DNA of 59,792 nucleotides, counting the filler, from Malacoraja senta (Eukaryota): the NCBI GenBank assembly GCA_038087875.1. It is 4 parts of 4 records of this genome, joined end to end, with 100 filler letters (N's around TTAATTAATTAA, not from the genome) between each part and the next. Parts side by side here need not be neighbours in the genome. Positions count along the whole stretch, not along the records: positions 1 to 21,571 come from JAXLNO010003413.1; positions 21,672 to 45,057 come from JAXLNO010005688.1; 2 more parts are not named here. The stretch is one strand, 5' to 3'. Positions 11,764 through 23,702 of this stretch are shown piece after piece. Each line of letters starts with the position of its first letter. The first letter of the stretch is position 1. The translations under genes were made by a program, and so were the position numbers. The notes beneath the pieces were generated by a model, which had not been told where the DNA came from, searched no databases, and saw nothing but the letters and a program-made list of their open reading frames with translations.

Positions 11764-13672
11764 AAACATAGAAAATAGGTGCAGGAGGAGGCCATTCGGC
11801 CCTTCGAGCCAGCACCGCCATTCATTGTGATCATGGCTGATCGTCCCCTATCAATAACCCATGCCTGCCTTCTCCCCATATCCATTGACTCCACTAGTCC
11901 CCTAGAGCTCTATCTAACTCTCTCTTAAATCCATCCAGTGACTTGGCCTCCACTGCCCTCTGTGGCAGGGAATTCCATAAATTCACAACTCTCTGGGTGA
12001 AAACGTTTTTTCTCACCTCAGTCTTAAATGACCTCCCCTTTATTCTAAGACTGTGGCCCCTGGCTCTGGACTCGCCCAACATTGGGAAAAAAATTTCCTG
12101 CATCTAGCTTGTCCAGTCCTTTTATAATTTTATATTTTTCTATAAGATGCCCCCTCATCCTTCTAAACTCCAGTGAATACAAGCCTAGTCTTTTCAATCT
12201 TTCCTCATATGACAGTCCCGCCATCCCAGGGATCAATCTCGTGAACCTACGCTGCACTGCCTCAATCACAAGGATGTCCTTCCTCAAATTAGGAGACCAA
12301 AACTGGACACAATACTCCAGATGTGGTCTCACCAGAGCCCTATACAACTGCAGAAGAACCTCTTTACTACTATACTGAAATCCTCTTGTTATGAAGGCCA
12401 ACATTCCATTAGCTTTCTTCACTGCCTGCTGTACCTGCACACCAACTTTCAGTGACTGGTGTACAAGGACGCCCAGGTCTCGCTGCACCTCCCCCTTACC
12501 TAACCCCATTGAGATAATAATCTGCCTCCTTATTTTTGCCGCCAAAGTGGATAACCTCACATTTATCTATTTTATACTGCATCTGCCACGCATCTGCCCA
12601 CTAACTCAACCTGTCCAGGTCACCCTGCAACCTCCTAACATCCTCTTCACAGTTCACACTGCCACCCAGTTTTGTGTCACCTGCAAACTCTCTAGTGTTG
12701 CTCCTAATTCCCTCTTCCAAATCATTAATATATATGGTAAACAGTTGTGGCCCCAACACAGAGCCTTGCGGCACTCCACTCGCCACTGCCTGCCATTATG
12801 AAAAGGATACGTTCACTCCTACTCTTTGCTTCCGGTCTGCCAGCCAATTTTCTATCCATGTCAACACCCTACCACCAATACCATGTGCTCTAATTTTAGT
12901 CACCAGTCTCCCGTGCGGGACCTTATCAAAGGCTTTCTGAAAGTCTAGATACACTACATCCACTGGCACCCCTTCGTCCATTTTACTTGTCACATCCTCA
13001 AAATATTCCAGAAGATTAGTCAAGCATGATTTCCCTTTCATAAATCCATGTTGACTTGGACTAATCCTTTTACTGCTATCCAAATGCCCCATTATTACCG
13101 CTTTAATAATTGACTCCAGCATCTTTTCCACCACCGAAGTCAGGCTAACTGGTCTGTAATTCCCCGTTTTCTCTCTCGCTCCTTTCTTGAAAAGTGGGAT
13201 AACATTAGCTAGTCTCCAAACCACAGGAACTGATCCTGAATCTATTGAACATTGGAAAATGATCACCAATGCGTCCACTATTTCTAGAGCCACGTCCCTG
13301 AGGACCCTGGTATGCAGACCATCAGGCCCAGGGGATTTATCATCCTTCAGTCCCATCAGCCTACCCAATACTATTTCTTGCCTAATGAACATTTCTTACA
13401 GTTCCTCTACCCCCTTAGATCCTCTGTCCTCCAGTACATCTGGGAGATTGTTTGTGTCTTCCTTAGTGAACACAGATCCGAAGTACCTATTCAACTCTTC
13501 TGCCATTTCCTTGTTGCCCTTAATAATTTCACCCGTGTCTGCCTTCAAGGGACCCACATTTGACTTTGCTACTCTTTTCCCCTTAACATATCTAAAGAAG
13601 CTTTTGCTGTCCTTCTTTATATTCCTGGCCAGCTTCCCCCCGTACTTAATCTTTTCAGCCCGTATTGCCCTT
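11764..13672 (-). mobile_element. CR1 LINE (second subfamily), fragmented RT
   Basis: [31 protein letters not shown] motifs in ORFs 12796-13392 and 12601-12786. Confidence 0.92.
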
Positions 13673-13989
13673 ATGTCAAAGTGGCTCAGTAAAAAATTGG
13701 GTGACCCTTTAATAAAGGCAAACTGGTGATGCAAGATCCAGGGCTCTAACCGGTGTCCTGTCCTATACTGACTTTGGGTGAAAACCGTGGTTAGCACAAA
13801 TTGCCACATATTTATTAACCCACCTCCCAGACACAGACCTCAGTCCAAAGGAAAAATTCAGGGAATGCAAGGAATGTTGCAAGGAATGGACGTGTTTGGT
13901 TATAATCATCCAAGGATGAGCAATACAAAATGTCTCTCGTGGAAGATACCAATATTTTACAGCATGGAGAGTATCTATACTCTGCCAGG

Positions 13990-16779
13990 TTTCATATGGT
14001 TGCAGGAGGGCTGTGATTGGAAACTAAATATTCCAGGATTTCGTTGCTTCAGGTGTGATAGAATTGGAGGGGCAAGAGGTGGAGGTGTTGCATTGCTTAT
14101 CAGGGAAGATATTACAGCAGTGCTTTGGCAGGATAGATTAGAGGGCTCTTCTAGGGAGGCTATTTGGGTGGAACTGAGAAATGGGAAAGGGGTAGCAACA
14201 CTCATAGGGGTGTATTATAGACCGCCAAATGGGGAGCGAGAATTGGAAGAGCAAATATGTAAGGAGATTGCAGATATTAGTAGTAAGCACAAGGTAGTGA
14301 ATGTGGGAGATTTCAATTTTCCACACATAGACTGGGAAACACATTCTGTAAATGGGCTGGATGGGTTGGAGTTTGCAAAATGTGTGCAGGATAGTTTTTT
14401 GCAGCAATACATAGACGTACCTACTAGAGAAAGGGCGGTGCTGGACCTCCTGTTAGGAAATGAGACGGGTCAGGTGGCAGAGGTATGCGTTGGGGAACAG
14501 TTCTGGACCAGTGATCACAATACCATTAGTTTCAATATAATTATGGAGAGGGTCAGAACTGGACCTAGGGTTGAGATTTTTGCTTGGAGATAGGCTAACT
14601 TTGAGGAGATGCGAAAGGATTTAAAAGGAGTAAATTGGGACAGTTTGTTTTATGGGAAAGATGTGGAAGAGAAATGGACGACATTTAAAGGTGAAATTTT
14701 AAGAGTACAGAATCTTTATGTCCCTGTTCGGTTGAAAGTAAAGAGTAAAAATTGGAAAGAGCCATGGTTTTCAAGGGAAATTGGACACAGTTCGGAAAAA
14801 GAGAGAGATCTACAATAATTATAGGCAGCATGGAGTAAATGAGGTGCTTGAGGAGTATAAAAAATGTAAAAAGAGTCTTAAGAAAGAAATTAGAAAAGCT
14901 AAAAGAAGATATGAGGTTGCTTTGGCAAATAAGGTGAAAGTAAATCCAAAGGGTTTCTACAGCTATATTAATAGCAAAAGGATAACGAGGGATAAAATTG
15001 GTCCATTAGAGAGTCAGAGTGGACAGGTATCTGCAGAGCCAAAAGAGATGGGGGAGATATTGAACCATTTCTTTTCTTCGGTATTCACCAAGGAGAAGGA
15101 TATTGAATTATGTGAGGTAAGGGAAACAAGTAGAGTAGCTATGGAAACTATGAGATTCAAAGAAGAGGAAGTACTGACACTTTTGAGAAATATAAAAGTG
15201 GATAAGTCTCCAGGTCCGGACAGGATATTCAGGACATTGAGGGAAGTTAGTGTAGAAATAGCAGGGGCTATGACAGAAATATTTCAAATGTCATTGGAAA
15301 CAGCAATAGTGCCGGAGGATTGGCGTACTGTGCATGTTGTTCCATTGTTTAAAAAGGGGTCTAAGAGTAAACCTAGCAATTATAGACCTGTTAGTTTGAC
15401 ATCAGTGGTGGGCAAATTAATGGAAAGGATACTTAGAGATAATATATATAAGCATCTGGATAAACAGGGGCTGATTAGGAGCAGTCAACATGGGTTTGTG
15501 CCTGGAAGGTCATGTTTGACTAATCTTCTTGAATTTTTTGAAGAGGTTACTCGGGAAATTGATGAGGGTAAAGCCGTGGATGTTGTATATATGGACTTCA
15601 GGAAGGCCTTTGACAAGGTTCCTCACGGAAGGTTGGTTAAGAAGGTTCAATGGTTGGGTATTAATGGTGGAGTAGCAAGATGGATTCAACAGTGGCTGAA
15701 TGGGAGATGACAGAGAGTAATGGTGGATGGTTGTTTGTCAGGTTGGAGGCCAGTGACTAGTGGGGTGCCACAGGGATCTGTGTTGGGTCCACTGTTGTTT
15801 GTCATGTACATCAATGATCTGGATGATGGTGTGGTAAATTGGATTAGTAAGTATGCAGATGATACTAAGATAGGTGGGGCTGTGGATAATGAAGTAGATT
15901 TTCAAAGTCTACAGAGAAATTTATGCCGGTTGGAAGAGTGGGCTGAAAGATGGCAGATGGAGTTTAATGCTGATAAGTGTGAGGTGCTACATCTTGGCAG
16001 GACAAATCAAAATAGGACGTACATGGTAAATGGTAGGGAATTGAAGAATGCAGGTGAACAGAGGGATCTTGGAATAACTGTGCACAGTTCCCTGAAAGTG
16101 GAATCTCATGTAGATAGGGTGGTAAAGAAAGCTTTTGGTGTGCTGGCTTTTATAAATCAGAGCATTGAGTATAGAAGTTGGGATGTAATGTTAAAATTGT
16201 ACAAGGCATTGGTGAGGCCCATTCTGGAGTATGGTGTACAATTTTGGTCGCCTAATTATAGGAAGGATGTCAACAAAATAGAGAGAGTACAGAGGAGATT
16301 TACTAGAATGTTGCCTGGGTTTCAACAACTAAGTTACAGAGAAAGGTTGAACAAGTTAGGGCTTTATTCTTTGGAGCGCAGAAGGTTAAGGGGGGACTTG
16401 ATAGAGGTCTTTAAAATGATGAGAGGGATAGACGGAGTTGACGTGGATAAGCTTTTCCCATTGAGAGTAGGGAAGATTCAAACAAGGGGACATGACTTGA
16501 GAATTAAGGGACAGAAGTTTAGGGGTAACATGAGGGGGAACTTCTTTACTCAGAGAGTGGTGGCTGTGTGGAATGAGCTTCCAGTGAAGGTGGTGGAGGC
16601 AGGTTCGTTTTTATCATTTAAAAATAAATTGGATAGTTATATGGACGGGAAAGGAATGGAGGGTTATGGTCTGAGCACAGGTATATGGGACTAGGGGAGA
16701 ATACGTGTTCGGCACGGACTAGAAGGGTCGAGATGGCCTGTTTCCGTGCTGTAATTGTTATATGGTTATATGGTTATAT
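13990..16779 (+). mobile_element. CR1 LINE with APE endonuclease and RT (near-complete ORF2, broken)
   Basis: IGVYYRPP, GDFNFP, DHNTI endonuclease motifs; RT ORFs 14781-15710 and 15720-16694; (TATGGTTA)n tail. Confidence 0.95.
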
Positions 16780-18598
16780 GAGGTGATTTCCCCCCAACAC
16801 CGCGATGGTGGAACTCCATGACTGTCATTGATATGGGATGGGATTGAGCATCTTGCAAACACACATGTTCTAACAATATCACATTGCTGATTAAAACAAG
16901 ATTCACAAAGCAAGAACAATGTACACTGTTAAACTAGTCTTACAAATTTCTGATGACACTGCAGCAACTGTGATCCACACTAATACCACGCACATAACTA
17001 TTGTTTAAAGGAATTTGCTCGCCATTTTGCTTAAAGAAGGAGGGGTTGTGAAATAGACAACATCTTACATTGACAAATGTGATGTCTCCTGTCAGACATA
17101 CACAGTGTGTATGACTTGTTTAAGAAGGAACTGCAGATGCTGCAAAATCAAAGGTAGACAAAAATGCTGGAGAAACTCAGCAGGTGAGTCAGCATCTATG
17201 GAGCGAAGGAATAGGCGACGTTTCGGGTTGAGACCCTTCTTATGACTGCTTTCTATGCAGTTGAAGACTTTGATCTCCGGGCTCTGATAGTTTCAATTCT
17301 GACACAAACGTTATCACCCTCCACAATAAGTGTTTGAAAGCAAAATCAGCTCATGTGGCCCAAGTAACTGAGTGTGTAAACAGTGCGCACACGAGAGTGA
17401 GCTGAGTGGAACTAGACTCATGATGCTGCTTCAGAAGACAAGTGGCAGTGCAGGTCAGTCAGTGGCAATGAATGAATGAATCATTCTCTTCCTCCCCCAA
17501 TGATTCTGAAGTGAAACGGGAAAATACATCTAATGCAGAATTTCATCCCAATCTGCAGCAGGAGGGGGACCTTGATACTTCTAACCATTTATGATTTGCT
17601 CTGCTGTCGCTGGAGAGTCAGCCACTAATTTATTTCAGATAGTTTCTATCAATTACTGAAACGCCTCAAAGTCTTCACTGGAGCACAGTCACACTAAACT
17701 GACACTAGTCTGGAGCCATTTTGCTACAGGTATGTAGTTGCGTACTGGCCAGAACAGATATGCTGACACATTCCCTTCCGTGAAGTGCAGCAGTGAACTA
17801 TCGACATGCGTCACCACCAACGGAAGCATTTTACGTCAGAATGCATTTATTAATAAAATTGAAATTCCCAGATCATGGGTTGGAATTTTGAGCTCATGTC
17901 ACCAGATCGACAACTTCTGGATTGACATTTACTGTCAGTCTTCATTTCAAGGAGGAGAGATGCGGGGGATGAATCTGCTGAGTCTGCTTTGGTGCTTGTG
18001 AGCAACACTGCAACGTGACACAGCAAGTGGTACAAAGGTGAAAGGAGTGCAGGCTTATGAGTGCCCAGAGTTGGAAGAATGACACCTTTACAGAAGGTTG
18101 TGTTTGTGGTGAAGGTTTCAGAGATGGTGAGACACATGGTCCGAGTAAGACTGCGATATCAGCATGTGACATTCTTAAACCGAGGGAATCCCAGGCTTGG
18201 CCTACAAGGAGAAAAATTGATTTTCTCATTCATGTTGCTCAGTATTACTAATCGATGCTGCAGGGGTTCCAAGCAAAGCACATATCAAATTGTGCCCCTG
18301 TAATGTACCAGCTGATCATGGTGATGGGAAAGAGAGTCAAATCCCAGTTGACGGCTCCTTTGTTCTGGGTTTTCTTCAGTCAAAACACCCAACCTGCTAT
18401 TTAACACGAGTTTTTCTGCTATTCTGTTTTCAATAATCTAGCCAGTGTATAGTTTGATCTGCCATTGGTCAGTCTTTTGCAATAAATCGAGCCAGTATAT
18501 AATTTGATCTGCCATTGATCAGTCTTTTATGTGATGACATAAACATCTTAAAGTTCTTTTATAAGACACCTGTTTGGACCTGCCCTGGCTTTCCATAA

Positions 18599-19346
18599 AG
18601 AGCCTGTCCCAATTTCGCAATTTTGATACAATGATACAATTTATTTGTTGTCATTTGAACCTAAGTTCAAACGAAATTTGGTTTCTGCAGTCATACAAAC
18701 AAGTACAAAGAACCAAGACACAACACAATTTACACACAAACATTCATCACAGTGAATCTCCTCCTCACTGTGATGGAAGGCAAAGTCTTGTCTCTCCCCT
18801 GCTCCTCATTCTCCTCCCGATGTCAAAGTCAAAGCCCCCAGCAGGCGATGGTAAGTAAGTCCCACAGCCATTAAAGCCGCGCCGGGCGATGCAAGGCCGC
18901 GCTCCGGGTCTTGATGTTGGAGCCCTTGGCGGGCGCTAGCAAGTTCCGCGGCCCTTTAAAGCCGCGCTGTGCGATGTAAGGCCCCGCTCCAGGTCATTTT
19001 CAACCCCGCAACTCATGCGGGAGAAGTTGCTGTTGCGGGAGCTCCGAAATTTATTTCTGCGACTACCGGCACCCATCATAGTCGCAGCAGGTAACCGAAA
19101 ATGTTCAACATGTTGAAAATCCAACGGTGACCAGAAGACTCTACGACTCTTTGGGCGACTGAGGAGACTACTCATGACCATACTGGCGACATGTCGCGGG
19201 GTGAAGCCTGTATGGTCGTGAGTAGTTGCCAAAAGAGTCGTACCTTGTTCTGGATTTTCAACATGTTGAACATTTTCGGCCACCTGTAACGACCAATAAC
19301 GGGTGCTGGCAGTCGCTGAAAAAGTCGCGTAAGTGGGACAGGCCCT
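18599..19346. mobile_element. Harbinger-like MITE with nested insertions
   Basis: TIRs AGAGCCTGTCCCAATT (18599-18614) and AAGTGGGACAGGCCCT (19331-19346); flanks TAA and TGA; perfect 27-bp internal inverted repeat 19098-19124 / 19251-19277. Confidence 0.65.
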
Positions 19347-19388
19347 TGAGGAAGAGGGTCTCACATCTACTTTGCTCCTCTTTTCCAG

Positions 19389-19706
19389 TTGAAACAAAAA
19401 GACTCAAGGTCAGCCTGCTGCCTCCAGCTCATCAAGAGACCACGCGTAGCCACACAGCCACCCTCGAATGTGTGCTCTCTGGTTTCTACCCGGACCTCAT
19501 AAACGTCACTTGGGAGAAAGACGGAGCCCCGATCTCTTCCACCACCAACGCTACACCGACTGCTCTGGAGCAGGGGGGGACTTTCAGTGCCAGCCACTTC
19601 CTGACTGTGAGTTCAGAGGATTGGAAGAAAGGCTCAGTCTTCGGCTGTACAGTGTCTCATCCCCCCTCGAACACCAGTATCAGTCGGGAAGTGAAAAGCT
19701 TTCAAG
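19389..19706 (+). CDS. IgW: IgW CH2 exon (intact)
   Basis: Acceptor CTCCTCTTTTCCAG|, donor G|GTACGG; (V)ETKRLKVSLLPP...ATLECVLSGFYPDLINVTW...WKKGSVFGCTVSHPP; sequons NVT, NAT, NTS. Confidence 0.95.
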
Positions 19707-19844
19707 GTACGGTGTTGGGATTCACTCTAATGATCACATCTTTTACCCCGTCACAAAATAGGGCCAGGCAAGTTTAGCACTGAAGGACAGGTGTTGCAGT
19801 GTGTGAGTGAGTGAGTGATAACCAAGAGGCCTAGACTAGAGTCA

Positions 19845-20330
19845 AGAAGAGTCAAGAGTGTTTTATTGTCATATGTCCCGGACAGGACAATGCATTTCTT
19901 CCTTGCAGCACAACAGAATATGTGAATATGTAAACATAGTACATAACGGGGGAAGAGAAAAATAGAAAAAGTTCATTAAATAACAAATAGTGCAAATAAC
20001 AAATAATAATGTAATCTTTTGCAGTTCATAGCTCAGAGCTTATTCATTGTGTTTAATAGCCTGATGGCTGCAGGGAAGAAGCTGTTCCTCTACCTGGACG
20101 TTACAGTTTTCAGGCTCCTGTAACTGCTTCCTGATGGCAATGGTGAGATGAGTGTGTGGCCAGGATGGTGTGGGTCTTTGATGAATTTGGCTGCCTTTTT
20201 GAGGCAGCGACTACGATAGATCTCTTCGACGGTCAAAGCCGACGATGAAGTGGGCAGTAGTCACAACTTTTTGTAGTCTTTTTCGCTCCTGGACGTTCGT
20301 TGCCGAACCAGGCCACGATGCAACCAGAAC
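19845..20330 (-). mobile_element. Degenerate Rex/Babar-like LINE 3' fragment
   Basis: Short-repeat tail (GTCAAGA) and similarity to the other Rex-like pieces in the window. Confidence 0.55.
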
Positions 20331-21571
20331 TAGGGCACAATGCTAAATATTTCTGTACTTTTACATCTTCAGTTTATTCCAAAACTGCTCAGTAGCCAGG
20401 ACACAGAAGATGAAGCCTGCTGTTCTTCAAAATTAGTGTCACAGGGTCAGTCCACTCATTGTTGTCGGCCCTCTGTGTGTGGCATCTCAGTCTAGTTGGC
20501 TTGCTGCTAATTTGAAGAGTGGAGTTGAGTATTTGTACTTGTACAATTGTTTGTCGACACAGGAAAAGAGGTCCATCAGAAAGTCCATTGAGTGGATGGA
20601 GCTGGGTGTTGGCATGGGAGTGATCATGGAGTCATAGATTTATACAGGATGGTAACAGGCTCTTCGGCTCAGCTTGCCTTTGCCAACCAAGCTGCCCGAT
20701 CTACACTAGTCCCGTCTCCCCATGTTTGGCCTAAATCACTGATCATCTCATGTTCATGTGATAGGAGCAGAATTAGGCCATTCAGCCCATCAAGTCTTCT
20801 GCCATTCAATCATGGCTGATCTATCTCGCCTTCCTAACCCCATTCTCCTGCCTTCTCCCCTTGACACCAATACTAATCAAGAATCAATCTATCTCTGCTT
20901 TAAAAATACCCATTGAGTGGGCCTCCACAGCCTTCTGTGGCAATGACTTCCTCAGATTCACTACCCTGTGACAAAACAAATTCCTCATCTTCCTAGAGGA
21001 ACCTCCTTTAATTCTGAGGCTATGGTCCTCGACTCTCCCACCAGTGGAATCATCCTCTTTACATCCGCTCTGTCCAGGCCTTTCACTATTCGTCCTATCC
21101 ATGTACCTGTCCAAATAACTTTTAAACATTGTCATAGTTTCTGCGTCAACTACCTCCTCCCATAGCACATTCCATGTACCCAGTGCCCTTTGTGTGAAAA
21201 AGTAGCCCCTCAGATTCCCATTAAATCTGTCCCCCCTCACTTTAAACCCATGTCCTGGTTCTTGATTGCACTACTCTGGGTGAAGGAGCCTGGTTGTACA
21301 TATGTGTGTCTAACCATCTCCTGCACTCTGTCAAATGTGGTTATCTCCTCTTGTGATATTGTGCCGATAGTAACAAGACCAGGCTGTGGTTAGTTGAGCA
21401 GTTGCTACTCTTGAGGAAAGGGAATGTCTCTCCAGAAAGTCACTGCTATTCAGTGTCTTGTGCAGACTGGTGTTCCAGGGTTCACAACGTTGCACGTTAC
21501 TCAGCCAGGGAGAGAACGTCAACTGAGAATGAAAATGGATTCCAGATCAAATCCATATCAAACATCATTTT

Positions 21572-21671
21572 NNNNNNNNNNNNNNNNNNNNNNNNNNNNN
21601 NNNNNNNNNNNNNNNTTAATTAATTAANNNNNNNNNNNNNNNNNNNNNNNNNNNNNNNNNNNNNNNNNNNN
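21572..21671. other. 100-bp scaffold gap containing a TTAATTAATTAA linker (same form at 45058-45157 and 57496-57595); plain N gaps at 39665-39822, 41119-41273, 41947-42183, 42323-42472
   Basis: N44-TTAATTAATTAA-N44 pattern seen three times; linker gives stops in all six frames. Confidence 0.95.
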
Positions 21672-23441
21672 ACCCTGCAGAAAGCAAACAGCTGGGGCTG
21701 AGGTGGAGAATTTGGGTAGGGGAGAGGGGATGGAAGGGAGAGGCATTTACAAATCAGTTCTCAGCATGGTACAAACAGGCATAACAGAACACAACATGGA
21801 GCTGTACAGCACAGGAGCAGGTTTAGTTCAGAGATATAGCGCGGAAACAGGCCCTTCGGCCCACCGAGTCCGCACCGACCAGTGGTCCCCGCATATTAAC
21901 AGTATCCTACACAGACTACTTTTCTTTCCAGCTTTCTCCACCCTACTCCATCACTCTAAATGGTCCTGATCTCATATGTTTTCTGTCCATTTTGCCACAG
22001 CATGCTGCCTGACTCGTTGAGTTCCTCCTGTTTGTTTTTAATTCAGATTGAGAGCACCTGCAGTTTGCTGTGATTCCATCTTAGCACAATGGATGATCAG
22101 TGTGGATTCAGTGAGCAGAAGGGCCGGTTTCCATGCTGTGTGACGCAATGACTCAATGACCCATGGTTTATATACTGTGGGCATGGACTAACCTCAAGTG
22201 TTGAGGGGGGAAGCTTTACTATTGCGGATGTAACACTAAAGAAGTTTTGCTGTGTCAGAAGGGTAGAACTCAGATTTTTGCACTGTCGTACATAAAGAAC
22301 AGAGGAAGAAGTGCATTGTCAGATGGGCAATGCTATACAGATCCAACAGGTACGTCTGAAGGTTAAGGCAATGCAGATGGGAAGTACATCAAGGCTGTTG
22401 CACTGTGTGGGATTGCTACACTCTCTGTGGATTGTTGCCAATATTGAGCGAATGCTGGATTAACAGAATATTATTACTGAGGGAATACCTCATAGTCACC
22501 ATCAACCAGCTTAAATCAAGGTCCCATCCCTAGAAGATCAGGCTATAAATAAACTAATGGTTTCTCCCTCATTCCAGCCCAACAAAACATATGATCCAAT
22601 CCATCCACTTATTACTGGTGTTGAATATCAAATGCTTAACCCATAAAGAGACTATCACCAGCCAACTGTTATGATTGTGTGTTCAGCAGTTAGGACACAT
22701 TAAATATAGACGATGGGCCGTGTCTCTATCAAAATGTGATGGAGTAAATGTCTGAAACAGCATCAATGGTGCTGAAGTGAAAAAGGTTGAGAGTTTCTGG
22801 TTCCCCTACTGCCTCAGGAGACTAAGGAAATGCGGCATCTCCAATGACTCTTACAAACTTCTACAAATGTGCCAAAGAAAGCACACTGACAGGTTGCATC
22901 ACAACTTAGTTTGGAAAGAGTTCTAACCAAGACCGCTGGAAATTGCAGAGAGGTGGAGAAGTAGCACAGTCGATCACACAAACATGATTCCCCACCAGTG
23001 AATCCATCTGTATTTCAACTGGTTCAGGAAAGCAGACAACATAATCAAAGATTCATCCCGCTCTGGTCAATCATTCTTCTTCCTGCAGAAGGTATGTAAG
23101 CATTAAAGCGTGCATCACCAGACTCAGTAACTGTTTCCTCCCCTATGTTATCAGGTTTCTGAACAGTCCTCCCTTATGCTAGGGTTCACCTCAACCCCAT
23201 TGTAGACACTGGACATTGTCTCTGGCACTGGTGCATTAAAATGCTGAGAACTACATTCTGCACTCTTTGCTCTACCTATTGTACGAGTTTGGTTTGATTG
23301 TATTTATGAATAGTTTTCTTTGATGTGATTGACTAATGCAAAAAAAGTGTATCAGAGAATCATGTGTCAGCAACAAAACTAAAACAAAATCCATTTGTGT
23401 CATCACTGGGTGTCTACCCCAGGTCCGGTCACGACACTTAC

Positions 23442-23702
23442 TCGAGATACCATGTTGCTGTTGGTAGACTATCTCAGCATTTCCTCTGACAATCCCATGA
23501 AAACCTGCAACTGTGATGGCCATTGAATCCCAGTGATCATGCGGGAAAGACTGGGCCATCCATCGCTGTCTGGGAACAGCCCGCTCTAGTGTGCTGTCAA
23601 AATATGCTATCTGGAGGTCATCCAGCATTGGTACCATACTGTACTCAGGCAGCTCACTCAATCCATGGTTCAACAGGTAGTAAAATGCAAGATGGTGAAA
23701 AT
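23442..23702 (-). CDS. MHC class I-like alpha-1 domain exon (non-classical), intact
   Basis: Acceptor TTTTTGTTTATGCATTGCAG|, donor A|GTAAGT, 261 nt, phase 1/1; (D)FHHLAFYYLLNHGLSELPEYSMVPMLDDLQIAYFDSTLERAVPRQRWMAQSFPHDHWDSMAITVAGFHGIVRGNAEIVYQQQHGIS matches the class I alpha-1 pattern HxL...PE..V..(V/L)DDxQ...(F/Y)DS....xPRxxW......W. Confidence 0.88.

Noticed and set aside
17942-18202. Strong minus-strand acceptor near 18202 opening a Cys-containing 86-aa frame
   Set aside because: No similarity to class I alpha-2, alpha-3 or TM that I can recognise; left unassigned.
19707-19777. Read-through of CH2 giving TVLGFTLMITSFTPSQNRARQV* as a secretory tail
   Set aside because: No penultimate Cys or NxS motif, and CH2 ends in a usable splice donor.
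21616-21627. TTAATTAATTAA palindrome (also 45102-45113, 57540-57551)
   Set aside because: Artificial scaffolding linker centred in N runs.
22520-22620. Minus-strand LGWNEGETISLF, loosely like the class I alpha-2 GWDG.DFISF motif
   Set aside because: Frame is closed by stops on both sides; no Cys, no splice sites.
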